The position numbers and the translations under genes are program-made. A model generated the notes under the pieces. The model ran no database searches, was not told the origin of the DNA, and was given only the letters and a program-made list of their open reading frames with translations. 64,000 nucleotides of DNA from Octopus vulgaris (Eukaryota). The stretch spans positions 128,712,001-128,776,000 of the forward strand of contig OX597819.1 in assembly GCA_951406725.2 (NCBI GenBank), in the 5' to 3' direction. Below, in pieces: positions 39,789-53,944 of the stretch. Within the stretch, counting starts at the first letter, position 1. Each line of letters opens with the position of its first letter.

Positions 39789-40299
39789 TATTTTTAAAGA
39801 TAATCTTATGTATTAATGGTAATTAAATGATATAATCGAACGCGAAATTTATGAAAAGACAAAGTCACGTTGGAATTTGATCTGCAAAAACATGAAGTAA
39901 AAAGACAAAGCTAAATGCTCCAGTTCTCAGTCCATTATTCTGCTTTTTTTTCTACCAAATGCACACTGAGACATTCACTGTTGTTATATGCAGTTTAGGT
40001 AAAAAGGATAGACGGATACAAATATATATAGAACACAGAACACACGTACATACTTGTGTAGACACAACGAACCACAAGCACACACACACACATACGCCCA
40101 CACATACACACACACACACACACACATACATCCATACTTGCACTCACACACTCTCATATATTTACTTACACGTCCCATTCCCACAACTAGTTCAGCAGTC
40201 CCATTCTGGCGGATGTCGGCATTTTATTAATTTTTTTTTTGGTACTTATTTGTTGTTTTTACTTATTTTTCCTCCCAAACTTAAGACCTTGTACAACGA

Positions 40300-40496
40300 C
40301 GCCAAAATCTAACTCGCGTCTTCGTGCCTATTTACACTTCTTCGACCTTTTTCTCTCGGCTGCCCATAATACATTGCAGTATTCCTCTCTTCTTTTCCTT
40401 GCTCCCCACCCTGTTCTTTCCTTTCCATTCCACCATCTCCTCCTCCTCCTCCCATCCCTCTAATTCTTTCTTCTTACATCGCAACAACCCCTCTTC

Positions 40497-40536
<40 letters not shown>

Positions 40537-41031
40537 CGCCCCACCTCTCTTTATCTCGTTCTCCGTCTCTACTCCACCCCCTCCTCGCAACCACCGCCGT
40601 TACCATCTCCACAGCCAACGACACCGACGACAATAACAACAGTCTACCATTACCGCCGCACTAATATCTCGTCTACGAAAACCACCATCACTCACTCACG
40701 CTCACTCACTCACAATTCCCCCAAAATCATTCCAAAGACATTTTTGCCTTCCTTTTGGTGCTTACAAAATAAAAAACTCATGTATACAGCAGAGACGATA
40801 TAGGGACAGAGATAACGGGTGAGAGTGAGAGGGAGAGAGAGAGAGAAAGAGAGAAAGAAGAGAGTTAAATCCAGTTCAGTCGTAACCCTTCGTTTCTTCT
40901 TCTTCTCCCTTAAAAGAAAATTCCGCCACAGGGGCAAGAAAAAGACAAATATCTCAATGCGAGTCGGTGCATGGAAATAAGTTGGTGAATTAAGCAAAAA
41001 ATTGCCTTCAAGTCAGTTGATTCTTTACACG
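40300..41031 (+). promoter_or_regulatory. Putative promoter / 5' UTR of the gene starting at 41032
   Basis: Transposon-free, with CT-rich then GA-rich tracts and TCAGT Inr-like words directly upstream of the ATG; positional inference only. Confidence 0.4.
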
Positions 41032-41098
41032 ATGTCGTGGTACAGTGTGGAATATCTTTTGGTTTTTATTGTATTTACCAGCTTTGGACTAATCCGTG
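41032..41098 (+). CDS. First coding exon encoding a signal-peptide-like segment of a secreted or membrane protein
   Basis: ATG...CGT G|GTAAGT gives MSWYSVEYLLVFIVFTSFGLIR plus 1 nt: hydrophobic core, perfect donor, phase-1 intron. Confidence 0.65.
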
Positions 41099-41294
41099 GT
41101 AAGTTATATGTTTTCATAACATTCGTTGTTACTCTCGCATTGTCATATTTTTATATCATTTTCCTTTTGGTTTCTCTTTTTCTATCAGATGCCTTTTTTC
41201 CTTCCTGTTTATTTTAAAATTCATTATTATTACATCAATTCATTTGCCAAACAGACACAACTGAGAAATGCATGTGTGCGTACATGCGTGCGTG

Positions 41295-41326
<32 letters not shown>

Positions 41327-41380
41327 TGTATGTATGTATGTATGTATGTATGTATGTATGTATGTATGTATGTATGTATG

Positions 41381-41420
<40 letters not shown>

Positions 41421-41425
41421 GCATA

Positions 41426-41459
<34 letters not shown>

Positions 41460-41462
41460 GCA

Positions 41463-42914
<1,452 letters not shown>

Positions 42915-43190
42915 GTAGAGTTTCCGTTTACCTAATTTCACTCACAAGTTATGGGCCGACCCAACGTAATAAAAAATATAATTTGTTCAAGATGAAGCGA
43001 ATTTCTTAACCATTCGGCCACACTGTGCCTACATTCATGCATGTGGCTGTTGGTTTGAAGCTTGCTTCCGAACCACATGGTTCCGGGTTCAGTCTTACTG
43101 CGTGGCACCTTGGGCAAGTGTTTTCTACTATAGCCTGGGGCCGACCATAGCCTTGTGAGTGGATTTGGTAGACGGAAACTGAAGGAAGCT

Positions 43191-43225
<35 letters not shown>

Positions 43226-43411
43226 ATGCATGCACGCGCCAGTGTGAGTATATATATATATTTGTATATATATATATGCACACACATACACACACACACA
43301 CATGTATATATACATATACACTCATACACACATATGATACGTTAATGTGTATGCGTGCGTGTTCGTGTGTATGTGTGTCTGTGTGTGCGTGCATGCATGT
43401 GTGTGCGTGCG

Positions 43412-43458
<47 letters not shown>

Positions 43459-43728
43459 CAGACTGACAGACAGACAGACAACAGGCAGATAGACAGACAA
43501 GCAGGCGTGGAGAGATAGGGTCCAATAAGATGTGGGGAGAGAATTCTGAATGGCAAAACCCACGGAGGTATTGTAAACAAACACACATCCTAGAATTTAT
43601 TATAAATGTCAATTCTAAAAAACAACCTTCTGAATCGCCAACGAAAGTTGAATTTCAAGCATGTATTATGATAATCAATCAACCATCATCATCATCATCA
43701 TCATCATTGTATCACATATTTGTAAGTT

Positions 43729-43759
<31 letters not shown>

Positions 43760-43768
43760 TTATATGTT

Positions 43769-43833
<65 letters not shown>

Positions 43834-43845
43834 TTATATGTTTAT

Positions 43846-43881
<36 letters not shown>

Positions 43882-43886
<5 letters not shown>

Positions 43887-44070
43887 ATCCAAACAAGAAA
43901 ACAAAAACAAGAAAACAACAACGCGAGGACGTGGTACAAATAAAGTATTATTGGACGCTCAGGAAAGAAGGGAAGAAGGAGGGTTTGACGTTTCGAGCGG
44001 AGCTCTTCGTCGGAAACATAGGAGAAGGAAAGATCCCGAGAAGGGAAGGCAGGGGAAAAAAATCGCTAGT
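43882..44070 (-). mobile_element. Penelope-pLTR-like element
   Basis: Reverse complement of 36915-37105; 3' end runs into (TA)n. Confidence 0.65.
43983..44017 (-). ncRNA. Minimal hammerhead motif with U4C core variant
   Basis: Reverse complement gttt-CCGACGA-a-gagc tcc gctc-GAAAC-GTC-aaac. Confidence 0.6.
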
Positions 44071-44115
44071 GATACAGACGAGGTCAAACATAAACATATA
44101 AACACACACACACAC

Positions 44116-44700
44116 ATATATGCATATATGGGTACAGGACGTCACCAACATTAAACAACATGAAATACGAAAACAGATGAGTTAAATAAACAAATTAGGA
44201 GAGAAAAAAAGGAGACAAGTAATTCAAAGAATGACCCTTCAACGGTTGGCTGTTTATCTACTCTCCATTTCGAGCAATCAACGACAATATGAATCTTCTT
44301 CGAAGACAGTTGCTCCCATAAATACTATAAATACCTCTCTCTTCTATCTTTTTTCTTTTCAAAATAAATATGTTTCTCTCAGCGCTCACTATTTTCCCCT
44401 TCCTCAGGTTTAACGACTCTCCATGTTTGTTTTCGTTCGGTTTCCCTGTATGTCACTACTGTCCTGTTTTTGTCCCTACCCTTGACCCTCCATAAATCCA
44501 AAATTATATTTTGGTATTTATGGGAGCAACTGTCTTCGAAGACTCATATTGTCGCTGATTGCTCGAAATGGGGAGTAAATATACAGCCGACAACTAATGA
44601 AGGGTCATTCTTTGTATTACTTGTCCCTTTTTTCTCTCATTAATTTCGTATTTCATGCTGTTCACTGTTGGTGACGTCTTGTACCCAAATATGCATATAT
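44116..44700. repeat. Inverted pair (44116-44325 vs 44514-44700) of an abundant dispersed repeat
   Basis: gggtacaggacgtcaccaaca...gttgctcccataaatac vs gtatttatgggagcaac...tgttggtgacgtcttgtaccc; related sequence at 32330-32700, 34680-34990 and 36690-36860. Confidence 0.8.
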
Positions 44701-44704
44701 ATAT

Positions 44705-45100
44705 AGGCGCAGGAATGGCTGTGTGGTAAGTAGCTTGCTTCCCAAACACATGGTCCCGAGTTCAGTCCCACAGCGTGGCACCTTGGGCAAGTGTCTTCTA
44801 CTATAGCCTCGGGCCGACCAAAGCCTTGTGAGTGGATTTGGTAGACGGAAACTGAAAGAAGCCCGTCGTATATATGTATATATATGCGTGTGTGTGTTTG
44901 TGTGTCTGTGTTTGTCCCCCTAGCATTGCATGACAACCGATGCTGGTGTGTTTATGTCCCCGTTACCTAGCAGTTCGGCAAAAGAGATCGATAGAATAAG
45001 TACTGGGCTTACAAAAGAATAAGTCCCGGGGTCGAGTTGCTCGATTAAAGGCGGTGCTCTAGCATGGCCGCAGTCAAATGACTGAAACAAGTAAAAGAGT
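44705..45100 (+). mobile_element. Full-length SINE family A
   Basis: Complete head, internal microsatellite and tail. Confidence 0.9.
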
Positions 45101-45174
45101 ATATTTATATATATATATATATATACATACATGCATATATATATATTTATATATATACATACATACATACATGC

Positions 45175-45213
<39 letters not shown>

Positions 45214-45216
45214 TAT

Positions 45217-45745
45217 ATTTAACAATTAAGGATAAAGTCTTAATAAGGAATCTTAACAAGAAATTATCAGGTAGTTAGCGTGAAAAACCTCATAAGAGAA
45301 AAACCTCATAACCACGCTAACTACCTGATAATTTCTTGTTAAGATTCCTTATTAAGACTTTATCCTTAATTGTTAAATTTATTCCAAAGAAAAACTTTTC
45401 CTACCGACATGCAGTTCGAAAGAGCCCGCCATTTACCGAATATATGATGAATAAACATTTCCATGTGCTTCGCTGAGGGGAGCAGATGTCTGTTTGGCTT
45501 CGCTAGGTATGTTGGTTGTTTATCTATGATGTGTTCAGAATCTGTTCTACTGATGAACAAAATATGTATTTGATGCGTTAATTGTGAAATCACAGGTGAT
45601 ATAGAACTAAATTCAGTTTTTTAAATGTCTTGCTTTGGGAGCTGCATTAGGTATGATTAGTAAAATTTTGGTAGTAATGACTTATGTCCCACTTAGCGTG
45701 AGGCATTTATGTGTAATAATGCCCTCTATACAATATAAATATATA
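45217..45745 (+). mobile_element. Penelope/retrozyme-like insertion with 5' inverted segment, in (TA)n
   Basis: Perfect 66-bp inverted arms 45217-45282 and 45313-45378 around a 30-nt spacer with duplicated gaaaaacctcataa; hammerhead downstream. Confidence 0.7.
45544..45607 (+). ncRNA. Type I hammerhead ribozyme, canonical core
   Basis: gttcta-CTGATGA-acaa...ttgt-GAAA-tcac ag gtg-ATA-tagaac: 6-bp stem I, 4-bp-plus stem II, 5-bp stem III; predicted cleavage after 45601. Confidence 0.8.
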
Positions 45746-45807
45746 TATATATAATTAATTTTTATTATCATTTAATTGAACGCTACAAATCTAATTCTAA
45801 ATATATA

Positions 45808-46100
45808 CAGGAGTTGGACAAAATAATGGAAACACCTTCAAATTTCAAACGAATTAATTTTAATATCGGGTAGGGCCACTTTTGGCTGTAATTTCAGCTT
45901 GAATTCTACGAGGTATGGACTCTTCAACGTTTGAATTGTTTCCAAAGGAACTTTTCTCCTTTCTTCAGCTAAAACAGTAATGATGGTGGAGGCTATCGAC
46001 TCCTTACTTATTTTTCTAAAATGCATCATAAATGACCAATAATATTGAGATCTGGGGACTGTGGTGGCCAGATAAGATATTCAACTTCAGCAGAATGTTC
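45808..46100 (-). mobile_element. Tc1 transposon 3' end remnant
   Basis: Minus strand EVEYLIWPPQSPDLNII; terminal TA|caggagttggacaaaataatggaaacacc. Confidence 0.75.
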
Positions 46101-46185
46101 TTAGAAAGACACGAGCATCTTTCCAGTCTTCCTACATTTGACCTGATGAAACGTCAAAGATTTAACCGTATGATGGAGAAAGAGA

Positions 46186-46238
<53 letters not shown>

Positions 46239-46271
46239 ACTCTAGAATTGAGCGGCTACTATAGTTATTGA

Positions 46272-46575
46272 CGGAGGCACATGGCCTAGTGGTTAGAGCA
46301 GCGGACTCGCGGTCGAGGGATCGTGGGTTCGAATCTCAGACCGGGCGATGTGTGTGTTTATGAGCGAAACACCTAAGCTCCACACGGCTCTAGCAGAAGG
46401 TTATGGCAAACTTCTGCTGACTCTTTCGCCACAAATTTCTCTCACTCTTTCCTCCTGCATCTTGCAGCCCACCTGTGACAGACCAGCGTCCCGTCCAGGT
46501 GAGGAACCTATACGCCAAGGAAACCGGGAAAACCGGCCCTATGAGTCAGGCGTGGCTGCAGAAGGAACAAACAAC
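46272..46575 (+). mobile_element. SINE family B, third 3' body
   Basis: ggaggcacatggcctagtggttagagcagcggactcgcggtcgagggatcgtgggttcgaatctc head; (ACA)n tail. Confidence 0.8.
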
Positions 46576-47757
46576 AATATTTATTGATACTCGACACATA
46601 TTTATATGAATATATTGTACGTACATACAATATATATATATATAAGTTCAGCAAGATTTAGATTCAAATGAATATGGTACTTAAGTTAGATGCACCAGAA
46701 TTCTGTATGGTGTTATCCATATAATGTAGTGCGAAACGATCGTACCCAATTACCGGAGTTCTTCTTGTTGCTTATTTTGATTATATATATATAAAAACAT
46801 ATATGTATGTGTGTGTGTCTGTGTATCGACTGTATTTCTAAATCCTTTCCCAGCAAAATGATGTGTCCTTTCTGAAGTTTTTTTTTTCTATCTGCCACTT
46901 TATTTATATTTATTAATTCATCTTCACTATTTATTTATTTTTATCAAATATTTTTCTATCACATCGCCCCTGCCCCTACCCCCTGCTCCTGCTTTTGCTC
47001 CTCCTGTTCCTCCTGCTCCTCACCCTTCTTTTTTTCTTTTTCTTCTTCTTTTTCTTCTTTTTTCCGCTTTTCCTTCCATTTTTATCCTCTTCTCCCTCCT
47101 CCACCACCTCGCCATTCTTCTTCCTTCTCCTCTTCCTTTTCCCGCCTTTTCTTTTACTTCCTTTATCCTTACGTCTCACTCACTCTTCTTTCTCTTCCAT
47201 CTCCGTCAATGTTCTAAATTATTTTTCAAAAGATTGTTTTGACATACTTACACTTGCCCTAATGGGGTGTACGAATCATTCAACATGATCCCATGTGTCC
47301 AAAATTGTGGGCAAGAGTCATCCAGGCAGAATTCGATATTCGTTTTCATTGCTCTTACTATTCTCCCAATGTCTCGCATCCTTTATTTTCCGTTCGAAAA
47401 TCGGAAACGTAAAACTCACTTCTTGTCCTAAAAGATATTTAGTTTCAGACCAGTCTTGCTCCTGTAGAGCTATGGTTAAATGCTTATAACAAGTTGCTCA
47501 ATTACTATCATCAACTACAGCCATTATTTTTTACCATGCCTTCCGTTCAAAGAAGGAATCCTCTACACGACGTGTCAATCTGCTAGAAATAACAAGAAAT
47601 CTTCCTTAAATCTCACTTTATTACCTTTAAAATGGATATATCTGAAAATGTGGCATTGGACGCACTGTGCAAAGGGAAATACGCTATATATAGTAAGTTT
47701 AATTAAAGCAGATGAACTATAAATTTTGCGATACAACAGAACATAATAATAATAATG

Positions 47758-47791
<34 letters not shown>

Positions 47792-48309
47792 CGACGATGG
47801 TGACGACGATGACGACGGCAATGATGATTAAGATGATGACGATGATGATGATGATACACTAAGCATAGATAAGATCCGTAATAAAACGTCCAACTTGCTA
47901 TATATACATGAATGAGAGGTGAAGGGAGAGGAAATGAAATAATAATACAGTGAAGGAGAAGTAGTGAGTGTAATAGCCACTACTGAGGGGGAGTGAGAGA
48001 AAGCAATGACAATGAAAAAGGCGAAACGAAGTGGCAAGGGGAGCGTAGTATGACTGAGGAAGGAAGGGATGATCGATGAATAAGGAAGGAAGGGGTGAAA
48101 AAGCCGATAAACGGGGTTTGAAGTGTGAGCATATGTATGCGTAAAAGAAATGCATGTTTGCGTGCGTGCGTGTGTGTATGCGTGAGTGTGTGTGTGTGTA
48201 CAATGGAAATGGGATGGTAATGTTTAACGCTGAAAATGTGTGAGTACGTGTGTGTAATGTGTGTGCATGTACAAGGGACCTATGTGAAACTTTACATATA
48301 CATGTAAAG

Positions 48310-48945
48310 TAAAAAAAAAAAAATCGGAAAAATAATCCAGAATCCTTGTCCGGCACAGGATCGATCCCAAAATCTAATGAGACCGTGTCACTCACAATAC
48401 CAAACATTCTTGAAAGTTTCATCCGAATCCATCCAGCGGTCTTTGAGATATCTTGTCCAAGGACAAACAAAGGAGTGGCTGTATGGTAAGTAGCTTGCTA
48501 ACCAACCACATGGTTCCGGGTTCAGTCCCACTGCGTGGCATCTTGGGCAAGTGTCTTCTGCTATAGCCCCGGGCCGACAAATGCCTTGTGAGTGGATTTG
48601 GTAGACGGAAACTGAAAGAAGCCTGTCGTATATATGTATATATATATGTGTGTATGTGTGTGTGTGTGTGTTTGTCCCCCTAGCATTGCTTGACAACCGA
48701 TGCTGGTGTGTTTACGTCCCCGTCACTTAGCGGTTCGGCAAAAGAGACCGATAGAATAAGTACTGGGCTTACAAAGAATAAGTCCCGGGGTCGATTTGCT
48801 CGACTAAAGGCGGTGCTCCAGCATGGCCGCAGTCAAATGACTGAAACAAGTAAAAGAGTAAAAGAGTAAAAGAGAGTAAACAAACGAACGAACGAACGAA
48901 CACGACTGAAAACAATACACCCGCCTTCGCCAAGACGGAAATAAT
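48310..48945 (+). mobile_element. Helentron/HINE-like non-autonomous element 3' part, split by a SINE
   Basis: aagtttcatccgaatccatccagcgg...gagatatc, (ACAA/ACGA)n, then gaaaacaatac and a terminal ccgcctt...aagacgg hairpin; family assignment from recalled architecture. Confidence 0.5.
48471..48877 (+). mobile_element. Young SINE family A copy with probable aaacaaa TSD
   Basis: Near-identical to 25095-25513; tail (gtaaaaga)n; aaacaaa on both sides. Confidence 0.9.
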
Positions 48946-49275
48946 AACGAGCGATAGAGAGTAAAACGCCAGGAGTTTTTCATTTACGTTCCGTCACGGT
49001 CTGAAGTTTCCTTAGTGGCTTGTGTTTGTTTAGGTATGGAGGCCAAATGAGAAAATTTGGCCTAATCCTGCCTTTCCCAGAGGAACGAAGATAAATGGCT
49101 TCAATTTAGAATCGAAACTTGTTCCCGAGTTCAGGAATACCCGCGCGCATACGCACATATATACACACACGCATACACCAACGCAACCAAACGTACACAC
49201 ATATCTATAAATATGCATATATGTTTGTACATATTTTTATGTACATGTATGGATATATATATATATATATATACA

Positions 49276-50100
49276 CTAGCTTAAGGTGACCCGCTCTACG
49301 GGCGGGTGAGGGTGTGGTTGTTCTTTTGTTTCCTTTCTGTTTCTTAAATCTTGCCTTAATTTTCAAAATTTCCAACCCATTTTCCGCGCTTAAATTACAA
49401 ATCCTCTTCCACTTTACCATGTTGAAAATTTGGTTGAAATCGGGCAAAAGGTGTTCAATCTAGACCCCCAAGTGTTCCCCAAAATCAGTAAAATCCCCAT
49501 TTTCACAGCAAAGCAACCACTTTAGCGCCCCAAAACGTCTTCCAATCAATTTCTCACCTCATGTTACTCCCTCCTGAAAATTTTAATCCCGTTCCAGCCC
49601 CATTTAGACCCCTTTTTATATAAAAATCCAATTTGTATCTACGCTCGCCTTCTTCATTTTATAGATTAGATTAAAGATAACCGCCTCTATCCCCTGCAGC
49701 AACACGAAAAGCCACCATTATTCAAACAGCGCAACTTATCTATCCCATAAAACTCAATTTTTCCCATAATCCTCTCCATGACAACCAAACGGTAGCCCCG
49801 AGCAACTTGCAACCCTTCTCACACCATTGCACACCCCATTTTACCCCCAGTGTAAATTTTGGCGCTAATCCGACCCCATCTACCTCAAAACTTGGTGTTT
49901 AGCAATTTTCTTTTACATCAAGTTCAAAATTTTACGCCAGCCGTTAAACTGCCACTACGTTGCTGTCCATCGTTAAGAAGTTTTGAATGCCAGCCATGGT
50001 GAGTCTACTATCCTCAGATTCTATCCCTTCAAACTTCAAAATGAGACAAATAACCAAGAAATCAAATAACTTTTTCGCATTTCAGATTTATAGATATTGA
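49276..50100 (-). mobile_element. Non-autonomous Helitron
   Basis: Minus strand begins A|TCAATATCTATAAA and ends acccgcccgtagagcgggt hairpin...CTAG|T. Confidence 0.7.
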
Positions 50101-50120
50101 TGATGATTATATATATATAT

Positions 50121-50162
<42 letters not shown>

Positions 50163-50854
50163 ACACATTATATATATAGTTATATACACACGTATATATA
50201 TATATATAAATTAACACAATATATCTGATTAATAATATGTTATGGTTGTGCGGTGGTGGTGGGCGATAATAATTCACCGTTCTAAAAGACCTGTGGCGGG
50301 AATATTTAAACTTTTGCGGCTGTCAACGCTTTCTCTCTATAGATACAGACAGACGTACAGTGAGAGAGGTGGTGAGAGAAAGAGTGACAGAGAGACGGCG
50401 ATGCTGTCAAACGTCGTTATTGAGAGAAAGTGAAGTGAAGGAAGGAAAGAGAGAGACGGAGGAAGTAATTAACTGCAATATTCGCCTGGGGATAATATTG
50501 CTTATGGAAGCACTGTGTCTAAAAATCGACCTGCAACACCATTGAGAATACTAGATGTACATTTCTGCCTCCTTGACCTTCGTCAGTAGGTGTACTCACT
50601 GTCAGCAGCATGCCAAGACAGAATCGTCGATTGTTTTCTTGTATCAGTGGCGACGGATTTTATTATAGCATGGAGCTGGCGGTGGGTACAGACGAGGCCC
50701 AACGGGGCAGTAATGTTCACATAATAGCATTCTCGCCACTGCCGCAGATGAATTCCATCCACTGCTGATACATTTTTGCGTTTTTTAACATAGTGCGTCC
50801 ATAAGGGATGTAATAGCGCTGTAATTTTGCCTTTCGCGATGTATATGTATTATG

Positions 50855-50907
<53 letters not shown>

Positions 50908-51785
50908 CACATATATATACGTGTATATATATATATATGTGTGTGTGTGTATGCATGCATGTATGTATGTATGTATGTATGTATGTATTGTATGTATGTA
51001 TGTATGTATGTATGTATGTGCGTATGTATATATATATATTTATATATATATATATGTATGTATCTATGTATGTATGTATATGTATATATATGCATGCATG
51101 TATGTATGTACGTATGACCTGCCCTTTCACGTGTTCGATCACTCTTAGTGTTGCTGGTCGCATAGTCGGGTCGTCGGCGAGTAAACCAACAACTCTACCA
51201 TGCTTGCTTGTGAAGGAGACTGGATTTCGTTGGACAATTCGCTTCACGAAAGAAGACTTGTGAAAGGGTGGATGAACTCAGAAAGTCAATGGACATCCAA
51301 CAGCTGAGATCCATTCTATGCTTGTGTATCTTTGTAAGAGAAGGAAAAGATTTGATGTAACACCTACGATATCATTTGAATTCAGTGAGGTAGGCTCGTT
51401 GTTTTTTCTTTTCTGGGTGTGGATAAGTGCATACGTGGTTTCGAGAGCGGGGTTGGCTTTTTGTAAGATCTGTTCTGACTTTAAAAAGCTCCAGGCAAAG
51501 GTATCGCTTAATTTTTAACATCTCTCTAACGTGTTGCATACTATGACTGAAATGAAGGCATGTGACCGCGTGGGTGATAAGCTCTCTGTACACCTGCTAC
51601 AGGTGAGTCCCGCATCATTGTCACATCTGTGCGGAAGCGTGTAAGTCCATAGCAAGACCGAAGAACTACATCTGCGCTGCTCATTTTTAAGTGACCAATC
51701 AAGCGACTGCATCACTCAAAAATCGTGTTTCAGCAATCAGTTATATGTGTGTGTGTGTGTGTGTGTGTGTCTTCATATATACATT

Positions 51786-52185
51786 TCTCTTTTACTCTTT
51801 TACTTGTTTGAGTCATTTGACTGTGGCCATGCTGGAGCACCGCCTTTAGTCGAGCAAATCGACCCCAGGACTTATTCTTTGTAAGCCTAGTACTTATTCT
51901 ATCGGTCTCTTTTGCCGAATCGCTAAGTTACAGGGACGTAAACGCACCAGCATCGGTTGTCAAGCGATGTTGGGGAACAAACACAGACACACAAACACAC
52001 ATGCATACATATACATATATACGACAGGCTTCTTTCAGTTTCTATCTACCAAATCCACTCACAAGGCTTTGGTCGGCCCGAGGCTATAGCAGAAGACACT
52101 TGCCCAAGGTGCCACGCAGTGGGACTGAATCTGGAACCATGTGGTTGGTAAGCAAGCTACTTACCACATAGCCACTCCTGTGCCT
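51786..52185 (-). mobile_element. Full-length SINE family A
   Basis: Reverse complement of the family. Confidence 0.9.
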
Positions 52186-52692
52186 ACACATATATTTTTA
52201 AAAGATTAATACTGGAGACGAAGTGTAACTAGAAGCATTAATTAGCACAACAACCGTTTCGGCTTCATTCTGCACTGCCCCCTAGTGGGCGTGGAGCGAT
52301 GTAATAACACCGGATGCAATGCATCTTTTGCACTGTGCTTATTTAGAAGTGTCAATGATTGTGAATTCTAGGACAATAAAAGGCAGCAAGCTAGAAAAAT
52401 CATTAGCAAGCGCGGCAAAATGCTTAGCGGCATTTCGTTCGTCCTTGTGTTTGAAGTTCAAATCCCGCTAAGGTCGATTTTGACTTTCATCTCTTTCAGG
52501 GTCGATAGAATAAGTATCAGTCAAGCACTGAGATCAATGTAATTGACTAGCTCCCTCCGCAAAATTTCAGGCCTTGTGCCTGTTGTAGAAAGCAATTTAT
52601 CAAGTACAGCATCATTTCCTTAATTCTTTGCGGATTATTAAAAGTAACCCCACCAAAATCAAAAACAAGAATGCAGCAATGATACATATGCA

Positions 52693-52845
52693 TAGGCCCT
52701 GGCGTGAGTGTCTGATAAGAAACTTACTTTCCAGCCACATAGTTCCAGGTTCAGTCCCATTGCGTGGAACCTTGGGCAAGTGTCTTCTATAGCCTCGGGC
52801 TATAGTGGATTTGGTAGGCGAAACTGAAAGTAGCCCGTCATATAT
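52693..52845 (+). mobile_element. 5' half of SINE family A, ending at its TA tract
   Basis: ggttcagtcccattgcgtggaaccttgggcaagtgtcttc...gaaactgaaagtagcccgtcatatata. Confidence 0.75.
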
Positions 52846-53060
52846 AAAAGTACGCCGACTTGTCCAGAGACCTGAGGGACGCTGGATTCAAAACCAAAGC
52901 CTACGCAGTCGAGGTTGGCGTCAGGGGATTTGTAGGCTTATCTGCCTACAGCCTCATGAAACAGCTGTCCATCTCTGGAAGAAGCAGGACTAGAACCTTC
53001 AGGGCCATGGGAGAAGCGGCGGAGAAGGCCAAGTTTGATCTGGTCTAGGAGGAAAAAAGG
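52846..53060 (+). pseudogene. HERO/NeSL-like RLE-LINE C-terminus
   Basis: KYADLSRDLRDAGFKTKAYAVEVGVRGFVGLSAYSLMKQLSISG...MGEAAEKA matches the KY..L...G.....VEVG.RGF...S...EAAE.A pattern. Confidence 0.75.
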
Positions 53061-53495
53061 CCAACTTCAAAAGGCTTAATTTGCCCCAATTCAAGCGAGT
53101 GCCAGATTGGCGTAGTCGTGTAGGCCAATCGGCGATCCGGGTTCGAATCCCGCTGGGAACGTGAGAAAAATGAACGCTCACAAGTGTACCTAGCTGGAAA
53201 CGGGTACTTAGCCCTTCTCAGGTCCGCAGCACGCATCACAGCAGCCAGAGAAACCAGAGAAACCAATCCCACCTAGGGCGTACTAAAACGGACAGTAGGT
53301 GGACATCTAGAAGTCATGGCTCAGATGTGGCCCGACCCCACTACAGTGTCAGGAGTAAAGGGCTGAAACACTTGCCTAAAGCGGGTTTCTCCTCTGAGGA
53401 CCACCTACTGTTACGCTCTCCTCGATACATACATACATACATACATACATACATACAAACATATATATGTATATATATGTATGTATGTATGCTTG

Positions 53496-53535
<40 letters not shown>

Positions 53536-53903
53536 CATAGGTATGTGTGAATGTGTGTGTGTGTGTGCGTGTGTGTATGATAGTGAGGGAGGGAGAGAGA
53601 GGACGATCATACAGCTTCCTAAAATATAGTTAAATTGGAAGACTCATGATCTTTAGTCATTTTTTTTCAATGATTTTTCTTATTTTCTTATTAGATCTCT
53701 TTCTTTAGTTTGGAACGATAGCATTCCTATACCCATTAATACTGCGGGACTTCTTCGGTCTCATCTTCTGAATGGAGTGGTGACGAAGGTACTATCTTTT
53801 TCTTTTTTGTAGTCAAAAGATTACGGTAAAATGATATAGAAAAAAATCGTGTTTGTATGTTTTAGAACACACACACACAGACACACACACACACACACAG
53901 ACA

Positions 53904-53944
<41 letters not shown>

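Noticed and set aside
47420-47461. Minus-strand 42-nt exon-like segment (ctacag|EQDWSETKYLLGQE|gtgagt)
   Set aside because: Weak polypyrimidine tract, no companion exons, and expected by chance in 64 kb.
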